From Lama glama (Eukaryota): a stretch of 64,000 bases of DNA. The stretch lies in the NCBI GenBank assembly GCA_028534125.1, contig CM052816.1, positions 90,150,001 through 90,214,000 on the forward strand, read 5' to 3'. Made by a program: the position numbers and the translations under genes. The notes under the pieces were generated by a model. That model had not been told where the DNA came from. It made no database searches and saw only the letters and a list, made by a program, of their open reading frames with translations. Below are positions 26,261-37,248 of this stretch, piece by piece (within the stretch, counting starts at the first letter, position 1; each line of letters opens with the position of its first letter).

Positions 26261-27540
26261 TGATGAAATAAAATTCATTGTTTAAGGCAAAATAAGAAAA
26301 AAATTAAATGTAATTTTTTTCTGCCTCTTTGGGTTTCTTCCTTCTCCTCTGGTGTGCACTGTATACCTGCATTATGCATTAACCAGATCTCCTCAGTGGC
26401 AGGAAAACCTGCTCACCCATAAAGAGCAATTTTTCTTCTTCTGACACCAGCCATGTAACTCCTTAGAAGACAGTATTCCTTTCTCAATCCTGTAAGGGTT
26501 CATGATGACCCAACACTGGCCTTGTACATGCGGACACCTTTGGTGAACTTTATGTGCAATGCCAGTGTATCATTTCTTTTAAAGACAGCAACTGGTATGG
26601 AGCAGACAGAGCCAGACGACCTGGGGAGATACTGGGCTGCAGCTAGTGGTGGTTCTTAGTTTAAATACTTACTCCTGACCTTACTAGTGTTACTAACTAT
26701 ATTATTTGTAATATATTTACATTATTATTTCTTGCATCACCAATGTGTGACTGAGCCTCCAATAAAAATAATGATGACTAAGTGACTTGAAATGATTGAC
26801 CAAATATATAATTCTATAAGATCAATAGTTATAAGAGTGTAACTCTGGATGTGGGAAGAGGGAACCATTTCCTGGATGATAACAGACAAGCAGTCCAGAG
26901 GCTCTGGGTGACTGTTAACAGGGCCTAAACCAGTAATAGCACGTTGAGTGGATCATCAAAACAAAAATCCTTATCTCACCTGGGAATGAGCATTTCTAGG
27001 ACCATGGGACAAATGGGTCACAAAATGCCTCCCAAGCGTTGGTCAAAATTAAGACCAAAAGGCAGGGGATTGTAAACTAAAGAATGTTGCCCACCATCTA
27101 TTTCTACACGAATCAAGCCATTAGCCACTACAATTGCTGACCTACAATATACCCTGAAAGGAATTCAGGGCAAAGATCAGGACGAGGCACTGTGCGCTCT
27201 GGGAAAACTGGCAGAACAGAACTTCAGATGCTTAGATACTTTCAGGAAAAGATGCTATGAATCCAGTTTCTTTTATTGTCCCATACCTAAGGAATCACTA
27301 ACACCGTTAACTAAGATAGCTGTTCCTTGTCAATAGCAGTAACTTTCTACCAAGATGTGCGCTTGATGCATATACTTCTTTGCCAAAATGATATATACAC
27401 TAGCCTCCCCCATTACCTCTTTGGAACAGTCCTCAGAGCTTTATGAAAGACTGTCTCCCAGGTTCTAATCCTCAGGTTGACTCAAGCAAAATTTTCCATT
27501 TCTTTCTTAAATTGACAACTGATTAAGGTTTTTGTTGGCA
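26261..27540 (+). mobile_element. Composite ERV1 solo LTR, MER41-like (cetartiodactyl type)
   Basis: TG...CA termini with a perfect 4-bp TSD GAAT (26257-26260, 27541-27544) splitting an L1M. Contains an env-TM-like remnant, a PPT at 27057-27069 and an inner TGTAAAC start at 27071. Confidence 0.8.
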
Positions 27541-29470
27541 GAATCATCCTGTTGATTTGTGCAAAAAATCTTGAGTGGTTTCAACTGCAATTGGGTTGAA
27601 CCCATAGATCAGTTCAATCTCTGGGCAACTGACATTTAACAATATTAAGCTTCCATACTGAACTTTCCATGTTTAAGTGTGGTACCTCCCCATTTATTAC
27701 GTCTCCTTTGATTTATTTCATCAGTGTTTTGTTATGTTTAGCACGTATACAGATCGTGCATGTATTTTGGAAGATTTATACCTATTTCATGTATTAATAT
27801 TTCTGGTAATCATTCTTTTAAATTTTATTTTAATTTCTAATTATTCCTTGCTAGCATATAGAAATATAATTGGTGCTGAATATTAACTTAATAATTGACC
27901 ATCTTGCTAAACTCACTTTTTGGCATTAGTATCTTTTTGTAGAGTCTTAGGATTACCTGTATAGACAATTTTTTAAGTCTCAGCTGTTACTCTTGGCTTT
28001 CTGGGTTTCCAATGACATGTATTTTAGATCATTTAATTTTATATCATATTTCTTGGATGTTCTGGTCATTTCTTTTTTTTTTTTTTTACAATTTTCTATG
28101 TGTATTTGTTTGTATAATTTCAATCTGACCTATCTTCAAGTTCATTGATGTGTCAAGTCTACTGGGTAGCCTGTCAAAAGCCTTCTTCCTCTTTGTTAAT
28201 GTGTTTTTACATTTGATTCTTTCTTACAGTTTCTGTATATCTGCTAAAATTACCCAGTGGACCACACATACAAAAATTCTCTTTTGCACAAGAGACTTTA
28301 ACATTTTCATTAGAATTTTTTTAAATTTCATTTTTGATGTCACATCTGTTCCTGTTTTTTTCTTGTTTTCTTACCTGGGTGATGTTTTTTGCTTAGTTTT
28401 TTCCATCTCTCATATTTGGGTGTGTGTACGGACAGCAGGTATCTTGTCTTGAGCAGTAGATACTGAAGCAAATTAATTGTTATGAGTACAATGGGCACCT
28501 TTTCCTTCTGCATTTACCCTCAAGAACCACAGGACTCAAATTCTTCTAACATTACCTTATCTTTGGAGGTGAGACTGGTTTCCAGGAGGGTTCTTCTTTC
28601 CTAATGTCCACTCCACTCTTGATTTAGGTCTTCTCTGCATCATGCCTTAGAGGATCCCTCTCCATGCTCTTTCTCTTCTGCAAGCAATGTTGATACTACT
28701 TCTTCCTGGATGTTTGTTAATCTGGTGGTGGTTTGGGAGGAGAAGGAGAAGAAGTCTTTCCTATCATTCTGCTTACTCTTCAGTCTCAGGGAGAACTGAG
28801 TCCCTGGGTCACAGGGATGGGAACTTCTCAGCTTTAGACCTGGTCCCTGGCTGTGGCTCTGGACCCAACCTCTTGGCCTGCTCCTCACCACTAGTAAGGT
28901 TTTAATATTTTATTTTATTTTCCTTGATGTGATAGTTTTTCACCTGTGCCCTAAAAGCAAGTTCTGTTCTTCTTTCCAAAGTGTTTTGGAACTCTATTCT
29001 GTAGAAGAGATAGGGAGAAAAGGCCCAGTGGTGCTCTAGACCCTTCCCACAGTAACTGGGATTTTCTTCTCCAGTCCTTTGCTGCTAGGGAAGGGATACA
29101 GGACCCTCATTTTGCCACCAGTCTTATTAAGAGGAACCTATAATTAATAATTAATTCCTTTGTTTTCCTGATCACATGTGGTTCTGTATTTTCTTACTAG
29201 GTCACACTCAACTCTTTGTAATTAATTTAAAATTTTAGTTGAGTTGTTCTTATCAGTGTCTGGCAGCATCTTCCCCGTGTAAGCAAATGCTCACTTCTAG
29301 TCTCTCCCCAGAGGTGATGGATTAGCTGTTGGCTCTGTATCATCAGCTCCTTGACAAGTTCAAGAAAAGTTGTGAATCCCACTGACTGTCCATAGGGCTT
29401 GTTGTGTTGTGTTGTGTTGTTGTTGCTAGGGCGGGAGTAATGTTCTCTCCAGTTTTCTATTTCCTAAACT
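27541..29470 (-). mobile_element. Old L1M fragments (continuing 26215-26260 across the LTR)
   Basis: Antisense ORF2 hallmarks (ATTTTAGAAT|CATCCTGTTGATTTGTGCAAAAAATC; CTTGCTAAACTCAC), followed by degenerate 5'-region-like sequence. Confidence 0.7.
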
Positions 29471-29479
29471 GAGCTGGAG

Positions 29480-30560
29480 TTTTGCAATCCTTAAGCAAGT
29501 GCATTTCAAAACACCATAGAAAATAACAGATAAGCAAGGTGAATAACACCTTTATGATCTGACATAGTCCTTCCAGACACAGATTCATTTCCTTCTTCTC
29601 TTTTACAACCGAATATTTTAAGTCTCATTGCCTCCATTTCATGTCACACATACGTGCGCATCAATCCAATTCAATTTTTAATCTGTTCGGTTTTGTCACT
29701 GAGATAATTGACATTGTCACTATAAACCACTACGTGCAATGAACATTTGGCATTTGCACCTTACTTGATCTCTCAGCAACATATGGCATTGCTTAATCAT
29801 CTCCTTCTTTACAAAAGTCTTTCCTCCCTTAGCTTCATGACCTCAGGCTCCAAGTTTTCCATCTACATCTCTGTTTGCTACTTCTGAGTCTCTTTTGCAG
29901 ACTAATATTCTTCTTCTTCCTCTAAGACATTAAATATTGGAGCCCCTGAACACTGGTATCAATGTCCTGTTTCTCTCCTTTATTCTATAGCTTCAATTGC
30001 TCTCGTTACACAAACTATTTCCTAATGTATGTATCTGATACAGGCTTCTATTCATAACTCTCATTCACCTTTTCTCCCACCTTTATTGAGGTATAATTGA
30101 CAAATAAAATTGTGAGATGTTTAAAATATACAATATGATTTTTTATATATAGTAAATACATACATATACATAGTAAAAAGATTCTCCCCATTGAATTAGT
30201 TAACATATGCCTCACCTCGTATATTTCCTTTTTTCTTTTTTTGGTAAGAACATTTAAATTCTACTCTCGTAGCAAATTTCAATTATACAATTCAATGTTA
30301 CCACCTATAGTCACCATGTTGTACATTAGACCTTCAGAACTTACCCATCTTATTACTGAAAGTTTGCACCCTTAACCGACTTCTCCCTATTTCCTCCACC
30401 CTCTAGTGCCTGCTGTCACTTTTCTATTCTGTTTTTTTTTTTCATAGATCTCATTCTACTCAATATTCCTATCTGGATGAGTTTAAAGCATCTGAAATGT
30501 AAAGTGTTCTCAACTCAATTTGTGCCCCTCTATCCTCAGTCACTAGTGAGCTCCCATCGA
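29480..30560 (+). mobile_element. L2 fragment (interrupted by an L1MA 3' UTR)
   Basis: TTACTTGATCTCTCAGCAACATATGGCATTG...TTCCTCCCTTAGCTTCATGAC resembles the L2 RT region. Confidence 0.7.
30070..30440 (-). mobile_element. L1MA9-like 3' UTR
   Basis: TTTATTGAGGTATAATTGACAAATAAAATTG...GTCACCATGTTGTACATTAG; degenerate TSD TTCATAACTCTCATTC (30051) / TTCATAGATCTCATTC (30441). Confidence 0.8.
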
Positions 30561-33500
30561 GCTGTCTCTACAAGCTAGACTTCTTGGAGTTACACTTAGC
30601 ACACTGATGATGATCAGAGAGGTCTGCACCTACCTGCTGGGCAGTTTACTCATTGCCCTCTTATCCTGCTTATGCTCAGTCCCAAATATGCCACTTTCAT
30701 TTGCAGTGATCTTTTGGGAGGGGTCCCATCTTTAGAACTTAGTGGGTCTAACAGAATTTGTATTTGGCCACATGGTCACTTGATATCCACAGTCAAATAA
30801 GCTGTCTCAGTCACTACTGAGTAGGATACCAAGAGCTGGTTTTCAAGTTGTGTATACTTAGGTGTCACTGATGATGTGCTTTGTCTGAGAATCCGAGGAG
30901 TTCCATGTTGCAATCCTCCTATTGGGATGGGGCTGACTTAAAATTCACACAAGCACCTTCCCCATCACAGATGTACTAGAGTGTCTGCCTGATCTTATGG
31001 CTCAAGCAGCAGTTGTTTTTGTCCCACAGCCTGGATTTGCTGCAGAATTCTTTCCTTATCTGGATCCAGTTCAAAGCTGGCAGACCTGCACGTCACTAAG
31101 TGAATGGGTTGGAGAAATGTAAAATAAGCTGCCTTCTGAACATAATTCCCACACATCAGACTTCTTTCTTGGTGGCAGGCGGGTTGCAATGTCCTATATT
31201 TATATGTCCTTTATTAAGAGAAGATATCCCAGCATCCTTCAGCCCACTGGACCCCAGGGTACTTAACCTATATGGTAGGCCTTAAATCTCTATAGGATTT
31301 ATTTCTTACCTTCTCAAATATCTGTACTGAAGCTTCCCACACACTGGTCACATCTTGCTCATCAATTCACATGCTGGTAGCAGTGGGGTGGATCAATGTG
31401 TTCTGCAGAATTTGCAGACGGTTCGGTTCCTTTGAACTATGATATGACAGAGGGCAGGGTTGTAGAACAGCCCACAGTCCATGCCAGTTCAGAGCCAGAA
31501 TTCAGCAGTCCTTGAAAAGTCTTTCCCCGGCGCATAATTATATGACTAAAAGGCCATAGATCCCTTGAGGGCCTGACCGGGAGGATCACTCCACAGTGCA
31601 TTTGCTGTGATGTTGCAAGGTCTTTTCTCACAGACTTTCAGCCTCTCCCTCAATAAGTAGGTGAGTTCTGAGTCAGAAAACATATTTAGAACTAGGTAGG
31701 AAATCATGGCTCTTAGTCTGATTGTATACACGATGTGTGAATGGAGTGTCTTCTGGATCCTCTCTTGGAACAAGGGCAGCATGTAGGATGCACACTCTGG
31801 CATGAGCATTTTTTGACCCATTTCCCTACCATATGGCATTTATACTAAGTGTGAACAATTGCTTTTTCTAAATTTCAGAGAACCATCCTAGCATCATATT
31901 AGTAACATGTGTCTCTGAACCACACTGACTCCATTTTGTCAGCTCCATTTTAGGCCCATAGTCTTACCCCCTCCCCTCTCTGCACAGCTGAGCTTTAGCC
32001 TGCTCACGGGGGTGGGCCCGAGCCAGATAAGTTCCCTACCAACTTTTAGCCTTGGCTTCACTGGATATGGAAGCTGGAAGAGTGCCCTTTGCTGATGCAA
32101 GTGGTTCATGGTCATGAGGCCCCTGGGGGCAGGAAAAAACCCCAGTTCCAGCCTGTGTGGACAAGTTTCTCACTTGGTAGTCAGGTTCCATTTTTAACTT
32201 TGCATTCCTTTAAACTCTCTGCACCCCTTTCAGGGATGTGGGTGCAGCTGTGAATGCCTCCAGATCATCCGTCCGCCCGATCCTTCCAGCCTGTATGTAA
32301 GTCGCTCACAATAAACTTTTTAAATTGCACTTGATGGAGTTGCCCACTGCATTTTTTGGTCTCAAAGTTCCTTCCCAGTTCAAAGGATGCTATTCAATAT
32401 CCCTGCCGCTCAACATAACATCTTCAAGGTCCTTGCCAAGATGTTAAATCTGGATTGCAGGACTACTCTAATGTCTATAAACTCCCTCTTCTCTAACTTA
32501 ATATCCTGCATCCCTTTGAAAACATCTCGGGATTTCTTCCCACATCTGCTGCCCCAGATCTTGTGGACACATATTAGAAATCACTCCGTTTCTTACATGT
32601 ATAATCCTTCTCTTCCCTTAGACAGCTCAGCTTCTTGTCATCCATACTATGATGAGATCCAACCATTGTTATTGATCAGATTGACAGAAGAGAGGTAGGA
32701 TACATCTTGAGAAGTGTGAACTTTGTCTTGAAAGGCCCCTGCCTGACTTATGTATTTTTTAATCTTCAAGCAAGAAGGAAGGGCCAGGAGGAAGGGGAGG
32801 CAAGTGAGGTGCCAAGAGGAGCTTAGGGTCCTAGGAGACCCTGCATTTGCACATCCTTGAGAGTAAGTCCTCCTCAAATTTTGCTCCCTAGGTACTTCAG
32901 TTGTCTGACCCCAGTGATGCAAAAGGAGAAGCACTATCTAACCAAGGTGTGTGTGTCACTCCCTGGTGGGTTCAGTGGAATCTTGCTACATCAAAGGTCT
33001 CAAGAGTATCTACCCATATACCCCCTTCTCAAACCTCATGGACCCGCACCCTTCCTGTTAGGCCCCTGAATTTAGTGTAAGAGAAATGCTAGGGCTCAGA
33101 GCTCAACCTTCCGTGAAGCTCTGCTATTTTTTTTATTATTAAATTCTGAGCCAAATCCCTCATTTTGTTTGTCTTCCAGCTGCAAGGAATTAAGGTTTCC
33201 TTGAGTATTTCCCAAAAGACTCTCTGCTTTCAGTTTCTCTTGAAATGGTGACTTATCACCCACAACCTGTCACTTTCTGTCTTTCATGATTCAACAGTAC
33301 TCAGCAAGAGTCACCCGATGCCACTGTCTGTATGTGTAATTTCTCTCATATTTCTCAGGTGCTAGAGATACTGTATCAGCAGATAAGATTCTTTCCATCT
33401 AAGTTTACCACGAATATATAATTCAACAATTTTACTGCTATAACATGCCAGTTTCTAGCCATACTTCACTTACCATCATCCGTAACGGAGTTCTTAGTGC

Positions 33501-33563
33501 CAGCCAAAGGGTTAGTAATGTCGCCGTAAGATTCTACTTCCTGCATCCCCTCTTGGTAATAAC
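30560..33563 (-). mobile_element. Degenerate ERVL internal region (gag/pol remnant)
   Basis: ORF 30995-31189 (LQPIHLVTCRSASFELDPDKERILQQIQA) resembles ERVL pol LRPIYRVTRKAASFEWGPEQEKALQQVQA; FQGLLNSGSEL in ORF 31437-31631 resembles the protease LLDTGSEL motif; PBS-like GTTATTACCAAGAGGGG next to the LTR. Confidence 0.85.
31901..32420 (+). mobile_element. Younger solo LTR (ERV1-like) inserted in the ERVL internal region
   Basis: Starts AGTAACA (probably mutated TGTAACA), ends CATAACA, AATAAA at 32310-32315, GC-richer than flanks; possible TSD TATT/TCTT. Confidence 0.7.
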
Positions 33564-33878
33564 TGTCTTGGGTCAAGTTCCCCAGAAACAAATACTAAGG
33601 TGAATAAGTTCATGCAGGAGTTATCCCAGAGTGATCTTGGGAGATACACCATTCAAGAAAGTGAAGAAATCAAGATTAGACACACAGAGACATTGTTAGA
33701 TATGAATTGCTACCAGAAGGGGTGTAACCTTAAGCAAGGCAGTCTCCTAAGGCAGAACGTAATTCCCAGTGAGAAACAGAGATACGAGGCGTCAAAACCA
33801 CATGATTCCACCAGCATCTCAGATGACTGTGCTGGTCATGAAGAAGGGATATGGGCAGACCACTCCAGTTTCCACTGA
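33564..33878 (-). mobile_element. 5' LTR of the ERVL provirus (LTR16-like)
   Basis: TGTCTTGGGTCAAGTTCCCCAGAAACA is the reverse of an ERVL LTR 3' end (...AAGACA) and abuts the PBS. Confidence 0.7.
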
Positions 33879-34270
33879 AGGGTACACATCCTTTGATTAA
33901 GATGACTGTCACTGCCATATCCAGAATGGACTGCAACAAAATCACATGTTAATTAATTTTGTGTTTATTCTGGGGAAAGGGGAGGTGGTTATAATCAAAG
34001 ACAATGGCTGAAAATCTCTACAGATTTTAAAACAAAGATATGGGCAATAGAAAACCATGTTCAAGTACCAAGTGATACAGCTTTTGGTCTCACAAGATGA
34101 CTTTGGGTGCAAGGTGGTTGTGCCTGTTGTACCTTACAGTAGATTTTGAACTCTGAGCTTGTTTGAAATGAGCATGCCACAGTGTGCTCTCACCTGCTAG
34201 AATATATGCACGGAACGTGAAGCAACAACTCAATGCTGGTCTTCCTCTAACATGATAAATCTGCGTGTTA

Positions 34271-34321
34271 GACAGATAGATAGATGGATGGATGGATAGA
34301 TAGACAGATAGAGAGATAGAT
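34271..34321. repeat. (GATA/GATG/GACA)n microsatellite
   Basis: Directly visible tandem tetranucleotides. Confidence 0.9.
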
Positions 34322-36269
34322 CTCTGACTAATCTCTAGTTTTGCTGAAACAAATTTTCAGTCTACCAGGTAGCTTGCACGGTGCACATAGGGTTACAGTT
34401 TGTCCTGGTCCATGGCTCCACTTCTGTGAAAATAGAGGTCGCTCTATTGGAAAAAGTCAAAGCATCCTGTCTTGAGTTTTTCATCCCCAGTCCAAAGATT
34501 ACTATCACCAGTATGTCAGAATGTTTTTTAAAACATATATTACAGCTGTTGAAAATTGTGTGTTGCTTTTGAACAACAACAACAACAACAAAAATCTTTG
34601 GTTTCCTTGATTTTTCAGAAGCCCCTGTTAACCACTCATTTACGAGAAAGAATGCTTGAATAATCCTAGTGCTAAATTTGGGACTTTTGTCTTTGAAATC
34701 CTAACTAAGATTAAAAGGAATTAAATCAAATTAAATACTTAGATGCAGTTCCTAGCATGTACAAAGGGATTGATAAATGGGGGGAGCCCCTCCTAGTAAA
34801 TATTTGCTGTCTAAATGATGTGTTAGGTCATGGATGGTTCCGAATAGTTACTCCACGTTGGGATGGAAACTTCTGAGGTTAAAGCACAACCCATCTTTCC
34901 CTGAATTGAGAATCAATGTTTAAAAAAAAGTAGAATTGGGCATCAGATGGGGAGCAAGATATCAACTTTACTGAGAGACTGATGATCTGAGGACACAGCT
35001 TCAGCCAAGGCCCAGGTGGCCTTCCTGAGACTCAGTCCCTGACTTGGATTCAAGCGCTACCTAGTTTCGGGGAAGAGAGATCTTGCTCTAGTTGCCTGAC
35101 GGCAGAGACATGGAACAGAACAGATTCACTCTGGAGGCAGGAAGACTCAGTGGAAGGAAGCCACAGGCCACAGGGACTCAGCAAACATCACGCCTCCTCC
35201 TCGCCCAAGAGGAACTGCACCAATAAAACGTTGGGCTCCTGCCAGAGTGACAATCAGATGAGTGATGTGGTTTCCTTCCAGGGAGGAAGAGACTATAGAT
35301 AAATCAAAAATGACAAAATGTTACTCCAATATTGTCCCCTCCTGGGAAAGAACGGTTTGCTCATGCAAACAATAAAAGGTAAGTAAAGTTTTCCTTTAAA
35401 AATGATCTTGAAAATGGAGCTGTCATTTATATCTAATACTGAGTCAAAGTGTCTCTGAGCATCCATGTGATAACATTTCAGAAATATCTCAAAATATATA
35501 ATAAATGGAAGATAGATAAACGGAAGAGACAAAATTTTAATATAGGAAAACTAATGATCTATTGTTATCCTAATTGCTATGTTATGTGTCATTTTTTTTG
35601 CATGACTTGTGTTTTTGAAAATATTTCCAAGAAAATAATTGCTCCACATGTAACATTAATTAGAAGTTGCAGGTGCATATTTAAAGACTATCCTGTTAGG
35701 GAATACAACATTTTTTTTTAAAAAACCCAACAACATATATAGTACATGGTGGTAAATTATAAATCTATTGACACAGCATTGTAAGTTAGGAAATTCCATA
35801 GTTTATTCTTGAAAGTGTCAATATATTTGAATAGACAGATATTAAAGCTATGAATCATGCTGTGAGCTATTTCAACTAATAGAATATTTATTTCCAGCTC
35901 ACTTTTTAAAAAATAGACTATTTCATAATAAAAATAACTTGAAGGCTGCTTTACAATGGTACTTACACTGGTTTTAGCTGAATTTGCAGTAGGATGTGGA
36001 AGGAAAAGATATCAACAGAAAACAAACATGAAAAAGCATTCATTGCTCTTGAGAAGGTCGGAATTTCAATATGAATTTTGGGAGACATGTTAAAGGAAGT
36101 ATCTTAATTATTGAAGCAGAAAGATTCAAATTTACTCCCAAAATGAAAGAGAAGATAAATTGCGATTGTTAAGCTGAACCTAACTTAGAATGGCCATCCT
36201 CTAAATTGTTTTCATCCACAGCTGTGTAGAAAGTTGGCTTTTTATTTATTAAAAAATATAAAATGTAGC

Positions 36270-37248
36270 CATGAAAGTAACAGGAACACTCATTCATTGC
36301 TGGTAGACTACAAAACGGTAGAACCACTTGGGGAGACACTCTGGCAATTTGTTACAAAGCTAAACATATTCTTACCATATTCTCCAGCAATCACACTCCC
36401 AGGTATTTACCCAAATGAGCTGAAAACTTATGTCTTCACAAAAACCTGCACATAAATGTTTATAGCAGCTTTATTCATAATTGCCCCAAACTGAAAGCAA
36501 CCAAGATGTCCGTCAGTAGGTAAATGGATAAACAAACTGAGCATTACTATGGAGCTCCTTACAATGCACGTAAAATCCTTACAATGGAGCATTATTCACA
36601 TATAAAAAGAAAGCAACTATCAAGCCATGAAAAGACATGGAAAAACCTTAATTACATATTGCTAAATGAAAGAAGTAAATCTGTAAAGGCTACATACTGT
36701 ATGGTTTTAAAATATGACATTCTGGAATAGCAAAATGATGGATTCAGTTAAAAATATCAGTAGTTGCCAGGATTTATGGGACGGAAGGGATAAATAAGAG
36801 GAGTAAAACTGTTCTGTGTGATATTGTAATCATGGACACGTGCCATTATGTGTTTGACAAAACCCACAGAATGCACAACATAAAGAGTAAACCCTAGGGG
36901 GAGGCTATAGCTCAGTGGTAGAGCACATGCTTAGCATGCACAAGGTCCTGGGTTCAATCCCCAGTACCCCCATTAAATAAATACAGAAGTAAACCTAATT
37001 AACTCTTCCCACAAAACAAAACAAAAGAAGATTGAACCCTAATGTAAACTATAGACTTCAGTTAATAATAAAATATCAATATTGGCTCATCAATTGTAAC
37101 AAATGTACTACACTAAGGCAGAATGTTCATAACAGGGAAAAATGTGTGTGGTAGAAAGAATGTTTCTGAGAAGTCCCTGTACTAGCTGTCCAATTTTTTT
37201 CTGTAAACTTAAAACTGCTCTGAAGAATAATGTCTATTAAAAAAAAAA
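36270..37248 (+). mobile_element. L1MC-like ORF2 end and 3' UTR (host of the SINE)
   Basis: ORF 36234-36455 LPYSPAITLPGIYPNELKTYVFTKTCT; 3' UTR AACCCTAATGTAAACTATAGACT; ends in ATTAAAAAAAAAA. Confidence 0.88.
36897..37027 (+). mobile_element. tRNA-Ala(AGC)-derived SINE, vic-1 type (camelid)
   Basis: A box TAGCTCAGTGG at 36908, anticodon AGC 36933-36935, B box GGTTCAATCCC at 36951, AAACCTAATTA tail, A-rich end; TSD 36883-36896 / 37028-37041. Confidence 0.9.

Noticed and set aside
36897..36972. Functional tRNA-Ala(AGC) gene
   Set aside because: The acceptor stem pairs poorly, and the sequence has a SINE tail, an A-rich end and a TSD inside an L1.
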